Positions 30,658 to 41,496 of a stretch of 64,000 bases of DNA are shown piece after piece. The translations under genes and the position numbers were made by a program. The DNA comes from Candidatus Oxydemutator sp. (GTDB taxonomy: Bacteria > Pseudomonadota > Gammaproteobacteria > Poriferisulfidales > Oxydemutatoraceae). The notes under the pieces are model-generated. The model did no database searches. It was not told the origin of the DNA and saw only the letters and a list, made by a program, of their open reading frames with translations. The DNA is taken from the NCBI GenBank assembly GCA_965203445.1, contig OZ241883.1:416001-480000 (forward strand). Direction: 5' to 3'. The number at the start of each line of letters is the position of its first letter. Positions within the stretch are counted from its first letter, which is position 1.

Positions 30658-31873
30658 ACCCCCTTTCATTCTCCGCCTGACGAGGCGCTTGCGGCATGAA
30701 ATCAGTCAGATGCGCAAGGCCGCCACCGACGCATGCACGACGATGTACTACGAATTCGGGATCGAAAAGTATCCGGTTCTCGCCCGCGCCGCCCAAAAAA
30801 TCATCTCGCCAGTGCCCCGCACCTACACCGATACTTACATCCACGAAGAGCCAACCGCCGATTACATCGGCGCACCCACCGTCTCCCACCACCATGACGC
30901 ATACATCGTCGCCACCTACCCGGTGGACGCGCACGTGCAAAAAAGCAACCTCACTTTCCTATATTTTCACCCCCGGCACATGGCATGTTCGTACTATTCT
31001 TCTTTCGCGGAAATGCACACTTTTTACTACACTCCGTTCGAGGACTACATTTATACGTGCGCCACCATACGCAACGCGATATTGTACGATTACGACACGT
31101 TGCTGGAAAGAAACTATTCGTTCGACACGGAGAACGGCGAGATTTACATTTTTTGGATGCAGCTTCCCCGCTTCATCAAGAAGATGGCTGCAAAAAACCC
31201 GCGTTTGCGGGAAAAACTTTTTGTATGGAACATGGAACAATTGAGCATTCCCAGATACCAAATAGACGCCCGCCGCCAGTACACCGCCTCGAACTATCCC
31301 AAAGTCTTGACCCACTCCCCGTCCAACCTGCGGTTTTTGCCGCCTGGATCCATAGTTCTCCCGTACCGCCGCGATCCGCGGGAGGTGGCGAAACTACAAG
31401 CTTGCTCGGCGGGTGCCTTCGAGTACGACGTGGCCTTCGTCGGCGATGCCAACGAGCGTAGAGGCAACGTGCTGCGCGCCCTCGAGGCAAGAGGCATCAA
31501 AATTATTCACCTGACGAACACCTATGGAGACGCGCGTGATGAACTCATCGGCAAGGCGAAAATCCTTCTGAACGTTCAGTGGAGCAAAGCCCACGCAATT
31601 TATCCGCACCAGCGTTGCGACCGCTGGATGTTCGCCGGCAAACTGATCGTCTCGAATGAATGCCTCGATCAGGATCAACTCGACGTGCACGCCAACGTCG
31701 TATTCGCCCCGCATGACCGACTGGTGGACAAGGTCGAAGAAATGCTCGCGGACTTCGACCGCTTTCAGCACGAATACACGAACAACGACCTCGAGAAAAT
31801 CGCGCGCGAAAGAGACATGTACTGGCATTGCTTCGTCGAGAATGCACAATTCAGTAATCTGCCGACGAATTAG
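30650..31873 (+). CDS. hypothetical protein with GT-B-like C-terminal domain
   Basis: YDVAFVG..RR...YG..RDELI.KAKILLNV...IVSNE; overlaps the epimerase stop. Confidence 0.6.
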   Translation: MDKPPFILRLTRRLRHEISQMRKAATDACTTMYYEFGIEKYPVLARAAQKIISPVPRTYTDTYIHEEPTADYIGAPTVSHHHDAYIVATYPVDAHVQKSNLTFLYFHPRHMACSYYSSFAEMHTFYYTPFEDYIYTCATIRNAILYDYDTLLERNYSFDTENGEIYIFWMQLPRFIKKMAAKNPRLREKLFVWNMEQLSIPRYQIDARRQYTASNYPKVLTHSPSNLRFLPPGSIVLPYRRDPREVAKLQACSAGAFEYDVAFVGDANERRGNVLRALEARGIKIIHLTNTYGDARDELIGKAKILLNVQWSKAHAIYPHQRCDRWMFAGKLIVSNECLDQDQLDVHANVVFAPHDRLVDKVEEMLADFDRFQHEYTNNDLEKIARERDMYWHCFVENAQFSNLPTN

Positions 31874-31931
31874 CGACCATATCGGCAATGAAATCTCAGC
31901 AATTCGCCGACGGAAACTACGAGGTGTATCA

Positions 31932-33418
31932 GTGTTAGCGGCGATCGAGGCAACCAGGCTACGGGTGTCGAAAAGCACCGAGGCAAAGAAGAAATCGCTG
32001 CTCGGTCAGTTTCTAACGCCCGCAAAAAGGATCTGGTCGGGAACGCCGTGGGGGCGTTCCCTTGCTGGTGTATAAAACCGGAACGGCCCTCACCCCAACC
32101 TGAATCGCCCCGTGTTTTTCGAAGACTCCCCAATGAGGGAAAAGGGGCCAGCAAAATGTAACCCTCTCCCCCCTAGGAGAGGGTGGGCGGAGAAAATGGG
32201 CCGAAAACCTTTTGGCGGCGCTTGCTGCGCGGATACGCGGACAAGCTGCCCTTTTCCCTGGAAACCATCGGCGGCGACTTTGTGGAACAGGCGGTGAACG
32301 AAGTCCAATTCGGGCGACGCGGCTATACCCACGCTGTTCTGAACCCGCCGTACAAAAAAATAACAAGCAATTCCCGTTGGCGCCTGCTCCTTCGCCAAGT
32401 CGGAATTGAAACCGTCAATCTTTATTCGGCCTTTGTCGCGTTGTCTCTTTTGCTGATGGTTCCGGGCGGGCAAATTGTGGCTGTCATTCCTCGCAGCTTT
32501 TGCAACGGGCCCTACCATCGCTCTTTTCGCAATTTTATTCTGAAGCGCGCGGCGATCCGGCACGTGCACTTGTTCCAGGCGCGCAACCGGACGTTCAAAG
32601 ACGACGGCGTGTTACAGGAAAACGTTATCATCCGGCTTGAATGCGGCGGACGGCAAGGGCCGGTAACGGTTTCCGCTTCGACCGACGATACTTTTTGCGA
32701 CATCACCGCACACGCGCATCCGTTTGATCAAATTGTGCTTCCGAACGATACGGAAAGATTTATCCACGTGCCGATTTCTTTTGAGAAAAACATCATCGAG
32801 TCATCCGCGGCCATCCGCCATACTCTGGCCGACCTCGGCCTCGGCGTGTCGACCGGGCCGGTGGTCGACTTTCGATTGAAAAAGCATCTGCGCGACGCGC
32901 CCGAGGCGGGAACCGTCCCCTTGCTTTATCCTGGGCACTTCACCGCCGACGGCATGATATGGCCGCGAGCGCACGGGAAAAGACCGAACGCCATTTGTCG
33001 CAACGGCGACACCGAAAAGTGGCTGTATCCGAACGGTTTTTATTGTGTGGTGCGCCGATTTTCGTCAAAGGAAGAAAAGCGCCGAATTGTGGCGGGCGTG
33101 GTTGATCCTGGCACCTTTGGCGGCGCGCCCGCGCTGGGCTTCGAGAACCATTTGAACCTGTTTCATGAGGACAAGCACGGATTGCCGCAATTTTTGGCAC
33201 ACGGGCTGGCCGCATTTCTCAACACCACCGCCGTTGATGAATGTTTTCGGCGTTTCAGCGGCCACACACAGGTCAACGCCACCGATCTCAGGTTGATGAA
33301 GTATCCAAGCCGCGAAGCACTGATGAAGCTTGGCAGATGGGCCGCGTGCCGCAAGAAACCGACGCAGGCAAGGATCTGGTCGGGAACACCGTGGGGGCGT
33401 TCCCTTACTGATGTATAA
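31932..33418 (+). pseudogene. BsuBI/PstI-like N6-adenine DNA methyltransferase, interrupted
   Basis: N-terminus KSLLGQFLTPA cut at 32027; resumes with NPPY, NLYSAF, IPRSF.NGPY, STGPVVDFR, FSGHTQVNATDL; motif I region absent. Confidence 0.85.
32027..32216. repeat. composite repeat, copy A
   Basis: Direct repeat of 33370-33538 with a different central module. Confidence 0.85.
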
Positions 33419-33538
33419 AACCGGAACGGCCCTCACCCCAGCCCTCTCCCTCCGGGAGGAGTTGTCCGCAGGCCTGTAATGTAACCCTCTCTCCCTAGGA
33501 GAGGGTGGGCGGAGAAAATGGGCCGAAACCCTTTCGGC
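33370..33538. repeat. composite repeat, copy B
   Basis: AAGGATCTGGTCGGGAAC...CCCTCACCCC...CCTAGGAGAGGGTGGGCGGAGAAAATGGGCCGAAA. Confidence 0.85.
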
Positions 33539-33544
33539 CGTGCT

Positions 33545-33949
33545 TCATAGCAGGCTGAGGGTTAGGGCCACCGCCGTCAGGAGTGATCCCAGGATCACGA
33601 TTGCCGAGAGCGGTTTTCCGAATCCTCGGCACAGAAGCCGTCCGGCCAAGCCAAGCAGCAGCGCGGCGGCGGCGAACACCAGCGCGAACGTAACCACGCC
33701 TCGCGGGTTGCGCAAAGCCTCCGGGAATACGGCCATGAACAACGCCAGGCGTTCTTCGCGGTTTCCGCCCTGCAGAAAAGCCTGTATCCACTGCCACGCG
33801 AACCAGGACGGCACCGCCAGCACGCCCGCGCCGAGCAGCGGCAGCATGAAGGAGCAGTCGCCGCGCCTCTTCCGCTTCTCCGGCGCCTCAGCCGTTTCGT
33901 GCGTCTCAGCCGGTTCCCGCGTCTCGGTCGGTTCTTGTTCGTTTTTCAT
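33545..33949 (-). CDS. hypothetical membrane protein
   Basis: Three hydrophobic segments; overlaps the hisE end. Confidence 0.6.
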   Translation of the reverse strand: MKNEQEPTETREPAETHETAEAPEKRKRRGDCSFMLPLLGAGVLAVPSWFAWQWIQAFLQGGNREERLALFMAVFPEALRNPRGVVTFALVFAAAALLLGLAGRLLCRGFGKPLSAIVILGSLLTAVALTLSLL

Positions 33950-34256
33950 CGTGGCCGGAAGTTCCGAAGCGGCGCTCCAGTTCGGCGAACAGCCGCTCCA
34001 CCGTAATTCCCTTGCGTGCGAGCAGCACCTGGCAGTGAAACCACAAGTCGGCCATCTCGCGCACGACGTGATCGTGGTCGGCGCCGCTTGCGGCCTCGAT
34101 CAACTCGGCGGATTCCTCGGCAATTTTGTCGAGAATGGCGTCGTCGCCGCGCTGGTAGAGCGCGGCGCTGTACGATTCCTCGGGTGACGCACCCTTGCGC
34201 TGTTCCAGCACCCGGGCGATGCGCCCGATGATCTCCGCCCTGGCCGCCGTGCTCAC
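33906..34256 (-). CDS. hisE: phosphoribosyl-ATP pyrophosphatase
   Basis: [36 protein letters not shown]; GTG overlaps the hisF stop. Confidence 0.94.
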   Translation of the reverse strand: MSTAARAEIIGRIARVLEQRKGASPEESYSAALYQRGDDAILDKIAEESAELIEAASGADHDHVVREMADLWFHCQVLLARKGITVERLFAELERRFGTSGHDEKRTRTDRDAGTG

Positions 34257-35011
34257 AGCCGCACCTCGACGCCGCGCGCGCGCATGTATTGCTTGGCCTC
34301 GCGTATCGTGTGTTCGCGGTAGTGGAAGATGCTGGCCGCGAGCACCGCGTCGGCGCGCCCTTCGGTGACGCCCTCGACCAAGTGGTCGAGCTTGCCGACG
34401 CCGCCGGAGGCGATCACCGGTATCGGGACGCTCTCGCTGACGCGCCGCGTCAGCGGCAGATCGAAGCCCTCGCGCGTGCCGTCCTTGTCCATGCTGGTCA
34501 GCAGGATTTCGCCGCAGCCGCAGGCCGCCATCCGGCGCGCCCAGTCGACGGCGTCGAGTCCCGTCGGCGTGCGCCCGCCGTGCGTGTGGACTTCCCAGCC
34601 GCCGTTGCCGCGCTTCGCGTCTATCGCGACGACGATGCACTGCGATCCGACTTTGTTCACCGCGGCGCGCACCAGATCCGGGTTCTCCACCGCGGCCGTG
34701 TTGACCGCGATTTTGTCGGCGCCGGCCTGGTGCAGCGCGCGGATGTCCGCGACGTCGCGCACGCCGCCGCCGACGGTCAGCGGCATGAACACTTCGCCGG
34801 CGACGCGCTCGACGACGTCGAGCATGATGTCGCGCCCGTCGGAACTGGCGGTGATGTCGAGAAACGTGATCTCGTCGGCGCCCTCCTCGTTGTAGCGTTT
34901 TGCGATTTCCACCGGATCGCCGGCGTCGGTTACGTTGACGAAGTTGACGCCCTTGACGACGCGCCCGCGGTCGACGTCGAGGCACGGGATGACACGCTTG
35001 GCCAGCGGCAT
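34253..35011 (-). CDS. hisF: imidazole glycerol phosphate synthase subunit HisF
   Basis: [29 protein letters not shown]. Confidence 0.97.
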   Translation of the reverse strand: MPLAKRVIPCLDVDRGRVVKGVNFVNVTDAGDPVEIAKRYNEEGADEITFLDITASSDGRDIMLDVVERVAGEVFMPLTVGGGVRDVADIRALHQAGADKIAVNTAAVENPDLVRAAVNKVGSQCIVVAIDAKRGNGGWEVHTHGGRTPTGLDAVDWARRMAACGCGEILLTSMDKDGTREGFDLPLTRRVSESVPIPVIASGGVGKLDHLVEGVTEGRADAVLAASIFHYREHTIREAKQYMRARGVEVRL

Positions 35012-35024
35012 CGGCGGGACCTCT

Positions 35025-35774
35025 TCAGGATCGGGGCGGCGGGCAGAGCGCGTCGACCAGTTTGCGGGTTTCGGCCAAGTCCAACGCCCCCTCGTAGAGC
35101 GCGCGCCCGAGCACCACGCCGCGGATGCCTTCCTCGCCGGTCGTGCATATCGCCTTGACGTCGTCGAGCGTCGTGAAACCGCCGGCGGCGATCACCGGAA
35201 TGCGGATCGAGGAGGCGAGTTTCACGGTGCCCTCTATGTTCGGCCCGCTCATCATGCCGTCGCGGCTGACGTCGGTGTGGATGATCGCGGCGACGCCGTC
35301 GGTCTCGAAGTGCTGCACCAGGTCCACCGGGTCGTGGTGCACCAATTTCGACCAGCCCGATACGGCGATCTGGTTTTCCTTGATGTCTATGCCGACGATG
35401 ACGTGGCCGGGGAATTCCAGGCACAGGTCGTTGATGAAGTGCGGCTGGCTCGCCGCGCGCGTGCCGAGTATCACGTACTGAACGCCGGCGTCGAGATACG
35501 CCTGCACCGTCTCCTCGTCGCGTATGCCGCCGCCGACCTGCACCGGGAGATCCGGCAGACTCTGGACGATTTGTTCGACCAGGTGCATGTTCTCCGGCTT
35601 GCCACTGGCGGCGCCGTCGAGGTCTATCACGTGCAGGCGCTCGGCGCCGGCCTCGGCCCAGCGCTTTGCGACGGCGACCGGATCGTCGGAAAACACCGTG
35701 GTCTGGTCGCGCCGGCCCTGGCGCAGGCGGACGCATCTGCCGTCTTTCAGATCAATCGCGGGGATCAGGAGCAT
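35025..35774 (-). CDS. hisA: ProFAR isomerase
   Basis: [32 protein letters not shown]. Confidence 0.96.
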   Translation of the reverse strand: MLLIPAIDLKDGRCVRLRQGRRDQTTVFSDDPVAVAKRWAEAGAERLHVIDLDGAASGKPENMHLVEQIVQSLPDLPVQVGGGIRDEETVQAYLDAGVQYVILGTRAASQPHFINDLCLEFPGHVIVGIDIKENQIAVSGWSKLVHHDPVDLVQHFETDGVAAIIHTDVSRDGMMSGPNIEGTVKLASSIRIPVIAAGGFTTLDDVKAICTTGEEGIRGVVLGRALYEGALDLAETRKLVDALCPPPRS

Positions 35775-35839
35775 AACGGGAGTATAACGGTTGCCCATGC
35801 GCGGGGGCGCGCCTGCCTTCCAAGTATAGCGCACCACGT

Positions 35840-36481
35840 CTATGCCTTTCCATCCCAGCGCACGAAGTTTTCCAGCAGACGCAGACCGGCGTCGGCGCTT
35901 TTCTCCGGATGAAACTGCACCGCGAACACGGAAGCGGCCGCGATTGCGCAGACGAATTCCCCGCCGTACTCGGTACGCGCCGCGATCAGGCCGTCGTCGG
36001 CCGGCTCGGCGTGATAGCTATGCACGAAATAAAAGTGCTCGTCGTCGCGGATGCCGTGCCACAACGGATGCGCGCGCGTCCGGCGCACGCGATTCCAGCC
36101 CATGTGCGGGATTTTGAGACCGGGCGCCGCGTCGGCGCGCCCCTGCAAACGTCTGACGTCGCCGGCGAACAGGCCGAGGCAGTCGGTGCCGTCGTTCTCG
36201 TCGCTGCGTCCGAGCAACACTTGCAGGCCCATGCAGATACCGAGGAAGGGCTTCTCCGCGGCGGCGCGCGCAAGCGGCCGCACGAGCTTGCGCGCGTGGA
36301 TCGCGCTCATGCAGTCGCCGGCCGCGCCTTGCCCGGGGAACACGACTTTGTCGGCGTCGTCGACGCGGCGCCCGTCGCCGGTGGTGACTACCCGCGTGCC
36401 GCCCGGGCTGACGTGGCGCAGCGCGCGCTCAACCGAGCGCAGGTTGCCCATGCCGTAATCCACGATGGTGATGGTGAGCAT
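35840..36481 (-). CDS. hisH: imidazole glycerol phosphate synthase subunit HisH
   Basis: DYGMGNL, GICMG, PHMGWN, QFHPEKS. Confidence 0.96.
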   Translation of the reverse strand: MLTITIVDYGMGNLRSVERALRHVSPGGTRVVTTGDGRRVDDADKVVFPGQGAAGDCMSAIHARKLVRPLARAAAEKPFLGICMGLQVLLGRSDENDGTDCLGLFAGDVRRLQGRADAAPGLKIPHMGWNRVRRTRAHPLWHGIRDDEHFYFVHSYHAEPADDGLIAARTEYGGEFVCAIAAASVFAVQFHPEKSADAGLRLLENFVRWDGKA

Positions 36482-36534
36482 CGCCTTATCCCGCGCCCTG
36501 CGCCCCGCGCCGCAAGGCACACGCCGCTATATCG

Positions 36535-37128
36535 TCATAAAACGCCTTTGGTCGAGGGCAGGACGGCGGCCATGCGCGGATCCGGTTCGACCGCCATGCG
36601 ACACGCCTTGGCAAACGCCTTGAACAAGGTCTCGGCGATATGGTGGCCGTTGTTGCCGCGCAGGTTGTCCAGGTGCAACGTCGCCCGCGCGTGGTTGACG
36701 AAGCCCTGAAAGAATTCATGAATCAGGTCGACGTCGAACTCGCCGATGCGCGCGCGCGGATAGCTGACGTGATATTCGAGGCCGGGGCGCCCCGAGAAAT
36801 CAACGACCGCGCGCGACAACGCCTCGTCGAGCGGCACGTAGGCGTGGCCGTAGCGGCGGATGCCTTTCTTGTCGCCGAGCGCCCGCGCGAAGCATTGCCC
36901 CATGGCGATGCCGACGTCCTCGACGGTATGGTGGTGATCCACCTCGAGGTCGCCCGCGGCCTTGAGGTCGAGATCGAAACAGCCGTGCTTGCGAAATTGG
37001 TCGAGCATGTGCTCGAGGAAGGGGATGCCGATCTCGATGCGGTTTTTGCCCGAACCGTCCAGGTTCAATTCGATGTCAATTTGCGTCTCGGCGGTATGGC
37101 GCCGGACGCTGCTGGTACGCGCGTTCAT
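36535..37128 (-). CDS. hisB: imidazoleglycerol-phosphate dehydratase
   Basis: [20 protein letters not shown]. Confidence 0.96.
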   Translation of the reverse strand: MNARTSSVRRHTAETQIDIELNLDGSGKNRIEIGIPFLEHMLDQFRKHGCFDLDLKAAGDLEVDHHHTVEDVGIAMGQCFARALGDKKGIRRYGHAYVPLDEALSRAVVDFSGRPGLEYHVSYPRARIGEFDVDLIHEFFQGFVNHARATLHLDNLRGNNGHHIAETLFKAFAKACRMAVEPDPRMAAVLPSTKGVL

Positions 37129-37228
37129 TGGGAGAGGCGTCGGAAGAACCGGATTATAAGTGAAAATTCCTCGTACAGGTGGGCCGCCGATGCCGAAGTC
37201 TTGCCGTTTCCCCTTGCTCTATCGCCCC

Positions 37229-37675
37229 TCAATCGGGCTTGACGCGCAGCAGGAAGGTCGCAGGTCCCTGGTTGACCAATTCCACGCGCATGTCGGCGCC
37301 GAAACGCCCGCGCGCGGTTTTCGGGTGTAGCCGCGCGATGGCGTCGCACAACTGCGCGAACAGCGTCTCGGCTTGTTGCGGCGCGGCCGCGGTCGAGAAA
37401 CCGGGGCGCATGCCCTTGTGCGTGTCCGCCGCCAGCGTGAACTGCGGCACCAGCAGAATCTCGCCCTCGACGTCGCCTATGCTGCGGTTCATTCTGCCAT
37501 CGTCGTCGTCGAAAATCCGGTAGCCGACGATGCGTCGCGCCATGCGCTCGACCGCCGCCGCCACGTCGCCGGGTTCAAACGCCGCGAACACTAAGACACC
37601 AAGCCCAACGTCGGCGATGGTCTCGCCGCCGGTCGCAACCGAGGCGCGCGCGACGCGCTGCAACAGTGCGATCAT
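37229..37675 (-). CDS. dtd: D-aminoacyl-tRNA deacylase
   Basis: LLQRV, PQFTL, FGADM, NQGP. Confidence 0.95.
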   Translation of the reverse strand: MIALLQRVARASVATGGETIADVGLGVLVFAAFEPGDVAAAVERMARRIVGYRIFDDDDGRMNRSIGDVEGEILLVPQFTLAADTHKGMRPGFSTAAAPQQAETLFAQLCDAIARLHPKTARGRFGADMRVELVNQGPATFLLRVKPD

Positions 37676-37710
37676 GAGGTGATCATCGCGCGATCATGTG
37701 CGGCGCGCCG

Positions 37711-38661
37711 TCATCCAAAGCGCCTGGCCGCGGCGTCGGTCGCCTCGACCAGGTGGTGGACGTTGCCGGCCTCGAAAGCCGAGTGGCCGGACTCGTCGGC
37801 GATTTGCAGTTGCGAGCGCGGCCAGTGTCGGTGCAGCAGCCACGCCTGTTCCAGCGGGCACACCACGTCGTAGCGCCCGTGCACGATGGTGCCCGGAATA
37901 TCGCCGAGCTTGTCGGCGTCGGCCAGCAGTTGCCCCTCTTTAAGAAAGATGCCATTGACAAAGAAGTGGCACTCGATGCGCGCGAGGCTCAGCGCGACGT
38001 GCGGGTCGCTGAAGAACTGAACCACCGAAGGCTTGGGCCTGAGGGTCGCGGTCTTGCCCTCCCACACCGACCACGCGACCGCGGCCGCAAGCCGCGCCCG
38101 CTCGTCGGCGCCGGTCAGACGGCGGTAGTAGGCGCCGATCATGTCGTCGCGCTCATCGGGCGGTATGACCTCCTCGAACGAACGCCACAGATCCGGGAAC
38201 AGAAACTTCGCGCCGTCCTGGTAAAACCACGACAGATCGCGCCGCCGGCACAGGAACACGCCGCGCAGTATCAGCGACAGGCACCGTTCGGGATGGGTCT
38301 CGGCGTAGGCGAGCGCCAGCGTCGAGCCCCACGACCCGCCGAACACGACCCAGCGCTCGATGCCGAGATGCTCGCGGATCGTCTCGAGGTCGGCAATCAG
38401 GTGTTGCGTCGTGTTGTCCCTCAGTTCGGCGTGCGGCGTCGAACGCCCGCTGCCGCGCTGATCGAAGAGCACGATGCGGTAGGCCGCGGGATCGAAGAAG
38501 CGCCGATGATCGGCCTCGCAACCGGCGCCCGGCCCGCCGTGCAGAAACACCGCTGGCAACCCGCGCGGATTGCCCGATTCCTCGACGTACAGCGTATGCA
38601 GCGCATCCACCGGCAAAAAAAACGACCGCTCGGCGCTGATTTTGGGGTAGAGGGTGCGCAT
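37711..38661 (-). CDS. pip: proline iminopeptidase
   Basis: HGGPG, DQRG, GGSWG, GRYD; 12-bp tandem repeat upstream gives alternative ATGs up to 38685. Confidence 0.95.
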   Translation of the reverse strand: MRTLYPKISAERSFFLPVDALHTLYVEESGNPRGLPAVFLHGGPGAGCEADHRRFFDPAAYRIVLFDQRGSGRSTPHAELRDNTTQHLIADLETIREHLGIERWVVFGGSWGSTLALAYAETHPERCLSLILRGVFLCRRRDLSWFYQDGAKFLFPDLWRSFEEVIPPDERDDMIGAYYRRLTGADERARLAAAVAWSVWEGKTATLRPKPSVVQFFSDPHVALSLARIECHFFVNGIFLKEGQLLADADKLGDIPGTIVHGRYDVVCPLEQAWLLHRHWPRSQLQIADESGHSAFEAGNVHHLVEATDAAARRFG

Positions 38662-38802
38662 TGGCGTGGGCATTGGCGTGGGCATTGCAGCGGCGACAGT
38701 CTATCAGGTCGACGGCAAAAACTCCCGACCGACGGGCGTGGCCGGGCCTGTGATAATGTGTCATCCATAATGTGTCACCCCGATAAGTTGCGCTGAAAAA
38801 TC

Positions 38803-39627
38803 ATGCCCGAAGTAACGTGGTGCGGCAGGCGATGGCGTCATCAACTGGAGCGTCTCGTCCGAGGTGTCGAGGCGGAGCTGTTGATAGCATGTCCGTTCAT
38901 CCAGCTGCGCGAAGCCAGATTCCTATCCACCGCTCTCGGCGCCGTGGAGGCGGACGTGCGCGTGTTGACGGATATAAGAATGGACAGCATCGTCAACGGT
39001 TCCTTGGACGTCGGCGCGCTTCTGCTGCTCGCCGCGTTCAGTCCGAAGTCCGGGGTAACGACGCTTCCCGGGCTGCACGCCAAAGTGTTTGTCGCGGACT
39101 GCAAACGGGCGATTATCACCTCCGGCAATCTGACCCGTTCCGGGCTGGATCACAACTACGAGTATGGCGCGGTCGTCAGCGGCAAAAAGACGGTCGGGCG
39201 GGTGCGCAAAGACGTGGAGAGGTTTGCCCGAGGCGGCACCATCGTCGGCGACGAAGCTCTGCGCGAAATCGCGCGGCTGGCCCGGCCTCTGATCGAAAAA
39301 AGCGAGCCTGGGACCTTCGGCAAAAAGGAAGCGGCGTTGAACCGGGCCGTGGCCGAAGCGCAGGTGGGGCCGCGCTCGGCAAACGCCGTCTTCGGCGACG
39401 CGATATGCCGGGTGCTGGCCGACCGCGTGCCGCGCACCACAAGGCGGCTGAACGAGGAAATCCGGCAGCTGCTTCCCGATTTGTGCCATGACGCACTACA
39501 CTTGACCATCAACGGCAAATCCTACGGGAAAAAGTGGAAGCATCAGGTGCGAAACGCCCAGGTTACCCTCAAGAAAAGAGGCCGTATTCTTTATGACGAG
39601 ACCGCAAGACGCTGGCTGCTTGCATAA
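38803..39627 (+). CDS. PLD-family (HKD) nuclease with C-terminal winged-helix-like domain
   Basis: LHAKVFVAD...TSGNLT...EYG; C-terminus KWKHQVRNAQVTLKKRG..W. Confidence 0.75.
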   Translation: MPEVTWCGRRWRHQLERLVRGVEAELLIACPFIQLREARFLSTALGAVEADVRVLTDIRMDSIVNGSLDVGALLLLAAFSPKSGVTTLPGLHAKVFVADCKRAIITSGNLTRSGLDHNYEYGAVVSGKKTVGRVRKDVERFARGGTIVGDEALREIARLARPLIEKSEPGTFGKKEAALNRAVAEAQVGPRSANAVFGDAICRVLADRVPRTTRRLNEEIRQLLPDLCHDALHLTINGKSYGKKWKHQVRNAQVTLKKRGRILYDETARRWLLA

Positions 39628-39707
39628 CGGCGGCCAGGCCCGTCGTGCGGACGTCGCCTGCATCGCGCCGGGGCCGGGCGCACGCCATCGGGTTCGGCTG
39701 CGCCGAA

Positions 39708-40369
39708 TGGACGCGATGACGGCTGATTCGCCACAATCGCCGCCGGTTGCGGGCGTTTTGGTGCGCTATCTCGGGCGGTGCGAATACGTCGGGGTGCGCG
39801 ACGCGATGGAGGCATACACGCGGCGGCGCACGGCGACGAGTGCCGATCAGTTCTGGTTGCTGGAACATTTTCCGGTTTATACGGCGGGGCGCGCGACCGC
39901 GCCGGATGCGCTGGCGCGCCGCGTCGCGCGCTCGATTCCGGTCGTATGCACCGACCGCGGCGGGCAGGCGACGTATCACGGGCCGGGACAGGCCGTGCTC
40001 TATACGCTGCTCGACTTAAGGCGCCGCGCGCTCGGCGTGCGACGTTGCGTGTATCTGCTCGAAGGGGCCGTCATCGCTTTTCTCGGCGATTGCGGCGTGC
40101 GCGCGCACCGCTTGGCGGACGCCCCCGGCGTCTATGTGCGCGGGCGCAAGATCGCCTCGCTCGGATTGCGCGTGCGCGGCGGATGCTGCTACCACGGCGT
40201 CGCGTTGAACGTCGGCATGGATTTGTCGCCTTTCGACGGCATCGTCGCGTGCGGTATGCGCGGTATGCGGGCGACGCAAATGGCGGACTGCGGCGCGGCG
40301 CCGGACGTCAAGAGCGCGGCTTTCGGTCTTGCGCGGAGTCTGGCCGCGCGGTTGGACGAACGTGTCTGA
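39708..40369 (+). CDS. lipB: octanoyltransferase
   Basis: LEH.PVYT, DRGGQATYHGPGQ, KIASLG, HGVALNV; start approximate. Confidence 0.95.
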
Positions 40370-41381
40370 GCACCGCCCTGTCCACGCCGCAACGTCGCGC
40401 GCGAACCCGGCCACCCACCGGCGCGGCGCGCACAAGTTGTTGCGCGCGCGCAGCGCCGCCGCCAGGGCCGCCGCCAACGCCGCCACCAACGCCGTCGCCA
40501 GCACCGCCACCGGCGCCGCGCCTCTCGCCAGGCCGCGTTGGCTGAGGGCAAAACTGGTCTCCGATCCGGTTTCCGGTTCGCGCGTGGCACGTATGCGGCG
40601 GCTGCTCAGGCAAGACCGGCTGCACAGCGTCTGCGAGGAGGCGCGATGTCCGAACCTGAACGAATGCTTCTCGCGCAACACCGCGACCTTCCTGATTTTG
40701 GGCGACCGCTGCACGCGCCGGTGCGCGTTCTGCGACGTCGCGCACGGGCACCCAATGCCGCCGGATCCATATGAACCCGGGCGCTTGGCGCGGCTGGTGC
40801 GCCGCCTTGCGCTCGCCTACGTCGTCGTCACGTCGGTGGATCGCGACGACCTCGCCGACGGCGGCGCCGCGCACTTCGCCGCGTGCGTGCGCGAACTGCG
40901 CGCGATAACGACGGCGCGCGTCGAGATACTGGTTCCGGACTTTCGCAGGCGGATTGCGCGTGCGCTGTGCGCGCTCGCGCGCGCGCCCTGCGACGTGTTC
41001 GCCCACAACGTCGAGACGGTGCCGCGGCTTTACCGCGAGGTTCGCGCCGGCGCCGATTATTCCGAATCGCTGCGGCTGCTGCTGGAACACAAGCGCCGCT
41101 TCCCCGACGTTCCGACAAAGTCGGGACTGATGTTGGGGCTGGGCGAAACTACCGACGAGATCGAGGAAGTGATGCGCGACCTGCGCCGCCACCGCGTGGA
41201 CCTGCTGACCATCGGCCAGTATCTGCGCCCGGCGCCCGGTTACTGGCCGGTGCGACGCTACGCCGCCCCTGCCGAGTTCAAGCGCCTGGCCAAGATGGGC
41301 CGCGCGATGGGGTTTCGCCACGTCGCAAGCGGCCCGCTGGTGCGCTCGTCGTACCACGCCGACGCATACGCACCCGATTGA
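40362..41381 (+). CDS. lipA: lipoyl synthase
   Basis: CEEARCPNLNEC, CTRRCAFC, RSSYHA. Confidence 0.96.
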   Translation: MSEHRPVHAATSRANPATHRRGAHKLLRARSAAARAAANAATNAVASTATGAAPLARPRWLRAKLVSDPVSGSRVARMRRLLRQDRLHSVCEEARCPNLNECFSRNTATFLILGDRCTRRCAFCDVAHGHPMPPDPYEPGRLARLVRRLALAYVVVTSVDRDDLADGGAAHFAACVRELRAITTARVEILVPDFRRRIARALCALARAPCDVFAHNVETVPRLYREVRAGADYSESLRLLLEHKRRFPDVPTKSGLMLGLGETTDEIEEVMRDLRRHRVDLLTIGQYLRPAPGYWPVRRYAAPAEFKRLAKMGRAMGFRHVASGPLVRSSYHADAYAPD

Positions 41382-41382
41382 C

Positions 41383-41470
41383 CTTCCCCCTCCCTATCCT
41401 GGAGAAGGACTCTGCATTCCCCCTCTCCCTCCGGGTGAGGGCCTCTTCATTCTCCCTCTGGGAGAGGGTT
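41383..41470. repeat. degenerate CCCTCTCCC..GGGAGAGG palindrome cluster
   Basis: Three degenerate units between convergent genes. Confidence 0.65.
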
Positions 41471-41496
41471 TGAAAGAGGGCCGCCGGCCTTATACA

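Noticed and set aside
38655-38690. 12-bp tandem repeat at the pip start, and the Ala-rich repeat in the lipA N-terminus (40455-40515)
   Set aside because: In-frame slippage repeats with no evidence of phase variation.
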